From Myxococcota bacterium (GTDB lineage: Bacteria; Myxococcota_A; SURF-8), in NCBI GenBank assembly GCA_963674735.2, contig CAXXQS010000001.1, positions 960,001 to 1,024,000 of the forward strand: a stretch of 64,000 bases of DNA, read 5' to 3'. Of the stretch, positions 18,513 through 26,346 are shown piece by piece. Under the pieces are notes generated by a model. That model was not told the origin of the DNA, did not search any database, and was given only the letters and a program-made list of their open reading frames with translations. Positions within the stretch are counted from its first letter, which is position 1. Each line of letters begins with the position of its first letter. The position numbers and the translations under genes are program-made.

Positions 18513-19745
18513 ATGAGCAAAATCGATAAAATCGAGTTATTTCATGTCTGTGTTCCACTTGACAAGCCGTTTTATCCGTCCTGGATTCCCGGCTACCCTC
18601 AGACGCAGGTGCACTATACTTTGGTGCGGCTGACCACCGATGACGGTCTCGTGGGACAGGCGGCCGGTAACGCGTTTACCAAAGAGCGTCAAGGTTTGGG
18701 GGATTTGTTAGGTGGTTTCCTGATGGGGATACAGGCCGACGACCTCGCCGTCGTCCGTGCGCGTTTACGTGAAGCCTCTTACCTGGGGTGGCGCAATGGA
18801 TGGCTTGAGAATGCCTTTTGGGATCTCAAAGGCAAGATTGCGGGCAAACCGGTCTACAAACTGCTTCAGGAGAAGGAAGAAACCGTCGAGAAAGCGACCG
18901 TTTATGCCTCAACCGGCAGCTTGAAAAGCATGGAAGAACGCAAACCCTATCTCGACGACATCCGGGCGAAGGGGGTGAGGGCGGTCAAGATCCGCGTGCA
19001 CGACCCCGAACAGAAGCAGGATATCTCTATCCTGGAGGCGGTGCGCAAGGAATTGGGGGATGATTTCGTGATTGCAGTGGATGCCAACCAGGGGTGGCCG
19101 GTCTCGCTGATCGAGCCGACCACCATCTGGGATTTGGAATATGCCACGAAGTTCGGCAAGGCTTGCGACGAATTGGGGATCGGCTGGATCGAAGAGCCGC
19201 TGGATATGCATGATTGGGACGGCATGGCTGAGTTGCGGAAGCGGGTCCAGACGCCCATTGCGGGCGCGGAGCTACTGGGTGACTGGCATGAGGTGCGGGC
19301 GTTGTTCGAGCGGGACTGTCTGGATATGTACCAACCCGACAGCACCTTCTGCGGCGGTTTGACCGTGGCCAAAAAGGTTATGGATGAATGTCGCAAGCGT
19401 GGATTGCAGTATTCGCCCCATACCTGGACAAACGGAATCGGTTTCATGATCAACTTGCATGCTTATGCTGCCTGGGAAAATCGTAAATATTTGGAATTTC
19501 CTTATGAACCGCCGGGTTGGGTGCCGGAAACGCGCGAAGGTATCATTCCTCCCGTTACGATCAATGGCGATGGAAGCGTCGATGTGTCTCAGGAACCCGG
19601 ATTGGGGCTCCATATCGACGATAAATTGTTGGCGCGTTACGGCAAGTGCTTCTTCAGATTGACTCCTTTCCGGCTGGCGTTGAAAACGATTCGCGAAAAA
19701 GGATTTAAAACCGCTATGGAGATCAAGAAAAAAAAACAAGGATAA
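18513..19745 (+). CDS. Mandelate racemase/muconate lactonizing (enolase superfamily) enzyme
   Basis: WDLKGK, KxR, and the metal ligands in DANQG, IEEP and GAE; PHTW. Start taken at MSKIDK. Confidence 0.88.
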   Translation: MSKIDKIELFHVCVPLDKPFYPSWIPGYPQTQVHYTLVRLTTDDGLVGQAAGNAFTKERQGLGDLLGGFLMGIQADDLAVVRARLREASYLGWRNGWLENAFWDLKGKIAGKPVYKLLQEKEETVEKATVYASTGSLKSMEERKPYLDDIRAKGVRAVKIRVHDPEQKQDISILEAVRKELGDDFVIAVDANQGWPVSLIEPTTIWDLEYATKFGKACDELGIGWIEEPLDMHDWDGMAELRKRVQTPIAGAELLGDWHEVRALFERDCLDMYQPDSTFCGGLTVAKKVMDECRKRGLQYSPHTWTNGIGFMINLHAYAAWENRKYLEFPYEPPGWVPETREGIIPPVTINGDGSVDVSQEPGLGLHIDDKLLARYGKCFFRLTPFRLALKTIREKGFKTAMEIKKKKQG

Positions 19746-19770
19746 TTGTGCGCATCAAACGCATTCAACG

Positions 19771-19803
19771 AAAAACGCCCCTCCGACAATGGAAGGGCGT
19801 TTG
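19771..19803. terminator. Bidirectional intrinsic terminator between convergent genes
   Basis: aaaaacgccc...gggcgttt hairpin. Confidence 0.7.
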
Positions 19804-19827
19804 TGTTTTAGGGCAGGTGTTTAAATT

Positions 19828-21918
19828 CTAGTTGGGTCGTGCATTGATTTTAGTGAGCCGTTGACTGTCGGGCGTGTAGCACAGTGTGCCGCAGCGCAGG
19901 CAACGGGCTGCTTCATGTTTGAGATCCTCTTCCGTGATGGTCTGGTCTACTTCTTCATAGGAGAGGATGCGTTCGGCTGGGTCGAGTTCGTCGAAGCTGA
20001 CGCGCGGAATCGGTTGAACGCCATTGAGTCCTGCTAAAATGGAAACGGTTAACGGCTTTTTCTGTACGTTTTCGGGGACGGACGGCTTTTCACCCATCAG
20101 GTACTGATGGATGGCACGAGCCGCCTTGCGTCCGCCTCCAATTGCCGAAACCGCCAGGTCGGGACCAGTGAAACCATCGCCTGCTACGAAAATGCTGGGC
20201 AGGCCGGTCTGCAGGGTGTCCTCGTCGGCGGCCAGCGTTCCCCAGCGCGTGATTTCGAGTCCGCGTTCTTTGAGATCCTCTTCGACGAAGGAAGGATCGA
20301 CTTTTTGACCGATCGCCGCGATGACCGCATCGAGTTCGAGAACTTTCTCAGATCCTTCTTTGGGTACCGGACGACGACGTCCCGAGGCGTCGGGCTCACC
20401 GAGTTCCATTTCGATGACTTCAAGCCCTTTCAGACGGTTGTTTTCGTCCCCAATGCAGCGGGTGGGGGCGGTAAGAAACATGAACTGGATGCCCTCGTGC
20501 TTGGCCGCTTCGATTTCCACCGGGTTGGCGGGCATTTCTTTCAAGGTGCGGCGATAAATAAGGAAAACTTCCTTCGCGCCCTCGCGCAAGGCGGAGCGGG
20601 CGGCGTCGATGGCCGTGTTGCCTCCACCGATGATCGCAACTCGTTCACCCAGTTCGACTTTTTCACCTTGTTCGCGTTTAGCCAGGAAGTGGATACCGCC
20701 CCAGACACCCTCCATGTCTTCGCCTTCGACGCGCATGGTGGAGTTGATCCAGGCTCCGACGGCGACTAAAACGGCGTCATAGTCGGCTTCCAACTTGCCC
20801 AGGGTGATGTCTTTGCCCAAAGCGACTCCGGTTTTGGCTTCGACACCCATATCGAGAATGCCCTGGATATCCCAATCGAGGATGCGTTTGGGCAGGCGAT
20901 ATTCGGGAATACCGTAACGTAACATGCCACCCAGGTGGTCTTGAGCTTCGAAAAGCGTGGGGTGGTGGCCGACGCGGCGCAGGAAGTAGGCCGCCGATAA
21001 CCCAGCCGGGCCGCCGCCGACTACGGCGATGCGTTTGCCGGTATCGGGCAGACGCGGCAGTTCGATATGCTTGTTGTCTTCTCGCTCCCAATCGGCCACG
21101 AAACGTTTGATTGTGTTGTGGAATACCGGTTCGTCTTCGATGGAGGTTCGGCGGCAGCTGGATTCACAGGGAGCCGGGCAAACGCGTCCACACACGGAAG
21201 GGAGGGGGTTGCGGTCTTTGATAATGCCAAGGGCCCGCTCGTAATCGCCTTCTCCAGCCGCTTTGACATAGGATGGAATGTCGATCTGAGCCGGGCAGAG
21301 CTGGCGACAAGGGGCCAGGCATTCGTCCGTGGTGTTCAGATGGAAAAGCCCGGTAGAGAGCGTTTGCAGTTGAATGACTCCATGGGGGCAGACACGTACG
21401 CAGGCACCGCAGCCACGGCAGGCATCTGCATTGAAATGCGGCCGACCGTCGTCGCCCATGCGGATAGCGTCGAAGGCACAGGCTTCCACGCAGGAACCGT
21501 ACCCCAGACAGCCCAGAGTGCAATTGGAATCGCCATCGTACAGATCGGCCACAGCTTGGCAATCCAGCGCTCCATCGTAGCGGAAAAGTCGTCCGGCGCG
21601 CTCGTTGCTGTTGCAATAGCGGCGTGCGAGGCTGGGTTCTTTGATTTCCACCTTCACGCCCATCACCGCGCCGACTTTCACGGCGGTGTCCGCACCGCCT
21701 GCGACACAGCCGTCGACCGGGGCATCGCCGCGTACAATGGCTTCGGCCATGGCTGCGCAACCGGGATAGCCGCAACCGCCGCAGTTCGCACCGGGCAGGG
21801 CATCGGCTACCGCGTCTATGCGCGGGTCTTGTTCGACGTAAAAGACCTTAGAGGCGAAGGCCAGCCCGGTAGCTGCCAGCAGTCCCAGGCTCAGCATCAG
21901 TAACGAAGCTTCGATCAT
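19828..21918 (-). CDS. rnfB: RnfB fused to a GltD/NfnB-like FAD- and Fe-S-containing NAD(P)H oxidoreductase domain
   Basis: N-terminal anchor, LPGANCGGCGYPGC and ferredoxin motifs; then APCRQLCP, CGRVCPAPCE, GGGPAG, GGGNTA...YRR, AGD and RCLRC. Confidence 0.92.
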   Translation of the reverse strand: MIEASLLMLSLGLLAATGLAFASKVFYVEQDPRIDAVADALPGANCGGCGYPGCAAMAEAIVRGDAPVDGCVAGGADTAVKVGAVMGVKVEIKEPSLARRYCNSNERAGRLFRYDGALDCQAVADLYDGDSNCTLGCLGYGSCVEACAFDAIRMGDDGRPHFNADACRGCGACVRVCPHGVIQLQTLSTGLFHLNTTDECLAPCRQLCPAQIDIPSYVKAAGEGDYERALGIIKDRNPLPSVCGRVCPAPCESSCRRTSIEDEPVFHNTIKRFVADWEREDNKHIELPRLPDTGKRIAVVGGGPAGLSAAYFLRRVGHHPTLFEAQDHLGGMLRYGIPEYRLPKRILDWDIQGILDMGVEAKTGVALGKDITLGKLEADYDAVLVAVGAWINSTMRVEGEDMEGVWGGIHFLAKREQGEKVELGERVAIIGGGNTAIDAARSALREGAKEVFLIYRRTLKEMPANPVEIEAAKHEGIQFMFLTAPTRCIGDENNRLKGLEVIEMELGEPDASGRRRPVPKEGSEKVLELDAVIAAIGQKVDPSFVEEDLKERGLEITRWGTLAADEDTLQTGLPSIFVAGDGFTGPDLAVSAIGGGRKAARAIHQYLMGEKPSVPENVQKKPLTVSILAGLNGVQPIPRVSFDELDPAERILSYEEVDQTITEEDLKHEAARCLRCGTLCYTPDSQRLTKINARPN

Positions 21919-21978
21919 GATGTCCTCTCAGCCGTTTTCGTTATGCATGCCCAGGGAAATCGTCGGGCACGCGTATCT

Positions 21979-22551
21979 TCAGATCATTCCCTTGAAAGCG
22001 AAAAAGGTCAATGACATGAGTCCGGCCGTGACCAGACCCAAGGCTGTTCCCCGCAAGGGTCGTGGCACCGGAGCGAACTCGAATCGCTCGCGAATTCCCG
22101 CAAAGAGAATAAGAGCCAAACCGAAACCCGCAGCCGCAGCAAAGGAGTAAACCAGGCATTCCAAGAAGTTGTGCTCATTCTTGATGTTGATTAGAGCGGC
22201 ACCGAGTACCGCGCAGTTGGTAGTGATCAGCGGTAAAAAGATACCCAGGGCCTGGTAAAGGGTGGGCATCGATTTCCGCAGGAACATTTCCACAAACTGT
22301 ACCAATGCGGCGATGACCAGAATGAAGGCCAGCGTACGCAGATATTGCAGATCGAAGGGAATGAGCAGGAAATATTCAACCATCCAAGCGATGACCGCCG
22401 CCAAAACCAGAATGAACTGAACGGCCAAGGCCATGCCAATGGCGGTTTCCATCTTTTTGGAAACACCCATGAAGGGGCAGTTTCCCAAAAACTGCGCCAG
22501 AAGAATGTTGTTGACGAAAATCGCACTGATGACCAACAGGAAATAATCCAT
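21979..22551 (-). CDS. rnfA: Rnf complex subunit A
   Basis: [25 protein letters not shown] and C-terminal FKGM. Confidence 0.95.
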   Translation of the reverse strand: MDYFLLVISAIFVNNILLAQFLGNCPFMGVSKKMETAIGMALAVQFILVLAAVIAWMVEYFLLIPFDLQYLRTLAFILVIAALVQFVEMFLRKSMPTLYQALGIFLPLITTNCAVLGAALINIKNEHNFLECLVYSFAAAAGFGLALILFAGIRERFEFAPVPRPLRGTALGLVTAGLMSLTFFAFKGMI

Positions 22552-22569
22552 GATCGTCCTCCCTCAGCG

Positions 22570-23190
22570 TCAGCCGGCTTTGGCCACGCGGGGCCGTCCC
22601 AAAACATTCATGATCCCCAGCATCAGTCCCAGGCACACGAAAGCGCCGGGAGCCTGCTGCATGAAGGCGAAGGGCTCGAATTGCGGTCCGAAAAGAGAAT
22701 GCCCGAAAAACTCGCCCTTTCCGAATACTTCACGCAGTGAAGCCAGGGCGACCAGCGAAAGCGTGAAGCCGAGTCCGATGCCCAAGCCGTCTGCCGCCGA
22801 CAGCAAAACGCCGTTTTTACTGGCAAAAGCTTCCGCGCGCCCCAGAATGATGCAGTTGACGACAATCAGGGGGATGAAGATACCCAGACTTTCGGAAATC
22901 GAAAAGAAATAGGCTTTCATCAGGATTTCTACCGCCACCACGAAGCTTGCAATGATGACGATGTAAGCCGCGATACGCACTTCTTTGGGGATGATGTTGC
23001 GGACCGCTGAAATAATCATGTTGGAACAGGCCAACACGAAGATGACCGATACTCCCATGCCGATGGCATTCTCAACGGTGGTTGTGACCGCCAGGGTCGG
23101 GCAGAGGCCCAGGACCAGTCGAAACGGCGGGATTTCTTTCCACAAACCTTTCGTGAATTCCTTTTTGAAGCTCACGTTATTCTCTCCCAC
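22570..23190 (-). CDS. rnfE: Rnf complex subunit E
   Basis: LGLCPTLAVTT, PLIVVNCIILGRAE and PGAF. Confidence 0.95.
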   Translation of the reverse strand: MGENNVSFKKEFTKGLWKEIPPFRLVLGLCPTLAVTTTVENAIGMGVSVIFVLACSNMIISAVRNIIPKEVRIAAYIVIIASFVVAVEILMKAYFFSISESLGIFIPLIVVNCIILGRAEAFASKNGVLLSAADGLGIGLGFTLSLVALASLREVFGKGEFFGHSLFGPQFEPFAFMQQAPGAFVCLGLMLGIMNVLGRPRVAKAG

Positions 23191-23209
23191 TTGCCGGGGT
23201 TTCGAATCT

Positions 23210-23782
23210 CTATGGAACCAGTTTGTCTTTGTGTTCTTTGAATATTGTCAGGCCGTCCTGCAAGGCCGAACAAACGGCCCGCGAGGTGACGGTTGCGCCG
23301 GTTACGGCATCTACTGTGCCCCCATCCGATTTGACCTTGAAAACGGCTTTTGCCAGATCCATGTTTTTAAACTGTTTGGTGAAGCTGTCTTCTTTGGCGC
23401 GGGTGCCGACGCCGGGGGTTTCGCTCATGGTCGTAATTCCGACACCGGCCAGTTTGTCGGCGGTCAGATCGAAGCCGATCATCACCCCCACATCACCGCC
23501 GAAACCTTTGCCCGATGTTTCAAGGGCGATGGCATAGGGCTTATCACCCTTTTTCGCCGTGAAAACGAGAACGTCACGGTCGCCGATTGTTACGCTACGC
23601 CGGTCCTTGAGTAGATCGTTTTCGGCTTCGCCGAGGATCGCGCGTACGGCGGGCATTTGTTTGTTTTCCAAAACCTGCAGCTCGATGCGCTCTTTGGTCA
23701 TGGCGTTGAGCCAGGAGAGCGACAGGCCGCTGATCAAGCAGACAATCGACAAGGACAGCACGATATGCACACTCTTAGGCAT
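23210..23782 (-). CDS. rnfG: Rnf complex subunit G (covalent FMN)
   Basis: N-terminal TM; ETPGVG; DAVTGATVTS flavinylation motif. Confidence 0.93.
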   Translation of the reverse strand: MPKSVHIVLSLSIVCLISGLSLSWLNAMTKERIELQVLENKQMPAVRAILGEAENDLLKDRRSVTIGDRDVLVFTAKKGDKPYAIALETSGKGFGGDVGVMIGFDLTADKLAGVGITTMSETPGVGTRAKEDSFTKQFKNMDLAKAVFKVKSDGGTVDAVTGATVTSRAVCSALQDGLTIFKEHKDKLVP

Positions 23783-24623
23783 GGACTTTCTCCATCGGCT
23801 GCGTTTTGGGTCGGATCAGATCGAGCAGCGGTGAGACCATGTTGCCAAGCAGGATCGCGAAGGGAACCACTTCCATCCAGATCCCGTAAACGCGAATCAG
23901 CATCAGCAACACACCCACCAACACGCCGTAAAGCACTTTGGCCACACAGTTGGCCGGGGAACTGGTTTCGTCGGTGATGAGGAAAAAGGCTGCCAGCCAA
24001 GCGCTGCCGTGGCTCAGTTCCCGCCACATATCCGGAACGGAGGCGGGATAAAGAGCGTGAAACAAAGCCGAGCTTGCAATGAGTCCCGCTAGAAAGGCTA
24101 ATGGTGTTAGGCGGTTGACGAAGCCTAGAACCCAGATCACAATGCCGCCCGCCATAATCGCCCACACGCAAGCCGTACCGAGCTGAACGCCGCCGACCGG
24201 GGCGATGTGGTGCGGCCAGGAAAGCAGGAGGATCAAATAGCCGATCAACGCCGGGTGGAAGGGGTAGCAGCCCAGTCCGCCGAAGATTTGCTTGGCCACC
24301 AAAGATGCCAGCGCCGCACCGATTACCACCACCCACCAGGGCACGGTTGGAGGAAGCAGCAGAGCGAGAATCAGGCCGGTCAGAATTCCGTGACCATCCA
24401 AAGCGTAGAGTGGCTGACGCATGAAATATTGTGCCAGCGCTTCCGACGCGACGGCCGTTGAAACGGCCAGCAGCAAGATGATCAATGCTTTCAAACCGTG
24501 CAGATAGACGGCTGCCGCGGCTCCGGGAAGGAGTGCTACCGCCATCGCGTAATGGTTGCGAACCGTATTGGCGCCGCTTTTCAGGTGCGGCGCCGGTCCA
24601 ACCGTCAGAATCCGATCCGCCAT
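23775..24623 (-). CDS. rnfD: Rnf complex subunit D, short form lacking the periplasmic FMN loop
   Basis: APH, KQIFGGLG..FHPAL, AFFLITD..SSP and FAILLGN. AGGAG RBS before ATG 24623. Confidence 0.88.
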   Translation of the reverse strand: MADRILTVGPAPHLKSGANTVRNHYAMAVALLPGAAAAVYLHGLKALIILLLAVSTAVASEALAQYFMRQPLYALDGHGILTGLILALLLPPTVPWWVVVIGAALASLVAKQIFGGLGCYPFHPALIGYLILLLSWPHHIAPVGGVQLGTACVWAIMAGGIVIWVLGFVNRLTPLAFLAGLIASSALFHALYPASVPDMWRELSHGSAWLAAFFLITDETSSPANCVAKVLYGVLVGVLLMLIRVYGIWMEVVPFAILLGNMVSPLLDLIRPKTQPMEKVHA

Positions 24624-24633
24624 GAATCTCTCC

Positions 24634-25914
24634 TTATCGGGCCAGGTTCTGCTTGGCCAGGGTGAACCACTGGCGCAGAGGCCGTAAACTCGGACACACC
24701 ACGCTGCACAGGCCACAGTCGATGCAGGACTCCAGGTTCGGGGCTTCGGCGTAACGCAAGTATTCGCAATAGCGTCCCATCGCATTGGGTTGCAGATGGG
24801 CCGGACAAACCTTGATACAAGCCCCGCAGTTGACGCAGGGTCGGGTTTGATACTCGTCGGCCGCGGTTGCCGCGATGATCGTCAGTCCTTCGACGCCTGG
24901 GACAATCGGGGTGTCGAGCGAGAAAATCGCTTGCCCGGTGAGCGCGCCGCCGAAAAGGATGCGGTCGAAGGTATTTACCGTGACACGGTTCCGTTGCAGG
25001 ATGTCGCGGACCGTCATCCCGACCGGTGCCCGTAAATTCTTCGTCGCGCCACCTGCGTCTACCAAGGTTAGGTGCAGATGGGTCGGGAGAATACCACGCA
25101 ACAGTACATCGGTGGCGGCCAACGCGAAGCTGACCGGGACGGCGCGCACGCTACCCGACGGTACCCCTTTCGCCACGAGCCCGGACGCAATGACGCGGTC
25201 GAAGCTTTGCGGGTATTGCGGAGAGATTGGCAGAATCTCCAACCCGTCGTGGAAGGACTCGCTGAAAAACCCGGATCCGGATTCAGGAACCGCCAGCACA
25301 ACCCGTGTCGTGTTGAACAGGCGTTTCATCAAAATGGCTGCGTCGGCCAAGGCATCCACACGATCACGTGCCAATTGTTGCCGGGCCTTCAAATGCAGAT
25401 CTTGGTCCGCCGCATTGATTACCAGCACCTGGACGTCGTCTTCCGTCTTCGGCTGGAGCCGTTCGAGCGGCATACCTAACACGAAAGAGGGGAAACCCCA
25501 GTTTTTAAGTTGCTGCCATAGTTGATCCGAAGTGGCTTTGAAGGCGTCGGGAACGGGAGAAACGCCAGGAACATTCGGTTGGAGGTTGGGTTTGACGCGT
25601 ACGGCCGGGGCCGCTCGAAAGTGAACGGGGAAGGGGGCGGTCGTCACTTCCTCGACTTTGCCTGCAAAAGGAGCGAGCCGTTGCGCGTTTTCATTTTCAG
25701 ACAATAGCGTGCCGGGTTCGAGGATATCCCCGTTTTTCAAGGGGGTTGTGCACGGAACATCCTCGTCCGTGACAAGGGGCCAGACCACCTCACTTGCTTC
25801 TAACCCGGTAAAAGGCTGAAGCTCGGAGACAATCAAAAAACGCGCCGCCTTCAATCCGTTAGACCATCCCATGAATGCATTCCTTCGGTCTAGGTTGCCG
25901 GTTTTTGATCTCAT
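24634..25914 (-). CDS. rnfC: Rnf complex subunit C, divergent (alternative start at 25872)
   Basis: APFAGKV, YPQ, SLBB segment APVGM...GGALTG, and two 4Fe-4S motifs (CVNCGACIKVCP, CIDCGLCSVVCP); first gene of the CDGEAB order. Confidence 0.85.
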   Translation of the reverse strand: MRSKTGNLDRRNAFMGWSNGLKAARFLIVSELQPFTGLEASEVVWPLVTDEDVPCTTPLKNGDILEPGTLLSENENAQRLAPFAGKVEEVTTAPFPVHFRAAPAVRVKPNLQPNVPGVSPVPDAFKATSDQLWQQLKNWGFPSFVLGMPLERLQPKTEDDVQVLVINAADQDLHLKARQQLARDRVDALADAAILMKRLFNTTRVVLAVPESGSGFFSESFHDGLEILPISPQYPQSFDRVIASGLVAKGVPSGSVRAVPVSFALAATDVLLRGILPTHLHLTLVDAGGATKNLRAPVGMTVRDILQRNRVTVNTFDRILFGGALTGQAIFSLDTPIVPGVEGLTIIAATAADEYQTRPCVNCGACIKVCPAHLQPNAMGRYCEYLRYAEAPNLESCIDCGLCSVVCPSLRPLRQWFTLAKQNLAR

Positions 25915-26346
25915 CGATCCCCCGATTCAAGCGGGGAATCTCTTCCTTGCAGTCGCAGGGAAGTCATCTTTACAAACGTTTCGTGGCACGAAAGCAAAAT
26001 CGGTTTCGACGCGCCGGAGCGTGGATTCACCTTGGAAAGGCGCTCGACCGGCGGTCGGTACTCAGCATCCAGATCCTTTTAGGACATACGCCAGAACCCG
26101 GCTTCAGTCAACAAAAACCCGCGGAAATTATAGATATTATGTCTGTTATAAAAAATTTTAATTAAAAGATGTACGGACTTTTTCTTGAGCTTCCACCATA
26201 AAAGTGACATCATGCGGCTGTCACGTTGTATTTCACTTCCGGTTTCAGCCGGAAGCCGAGCTTACTTGGTTTGCGATTACATTCAAATTCGCGCTTGCGT
26301 CGTTACTCTATTTATTGCGCGTAACAACCATCACGAGGTCAGGCAC

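Noticed and set aside
21067-21903. 278-aa plus-strand ORF and other overlapping ORFs in the rnf operon
   Set aside because: Shadow ORFs of GC-rich coding sequence.
24624-24785. Cys-containing N-terminal extension of RnfD in the ORF track
   Set aside because: It overlaps the rnfC 3' end; a good RBS precedes ATG 24623.
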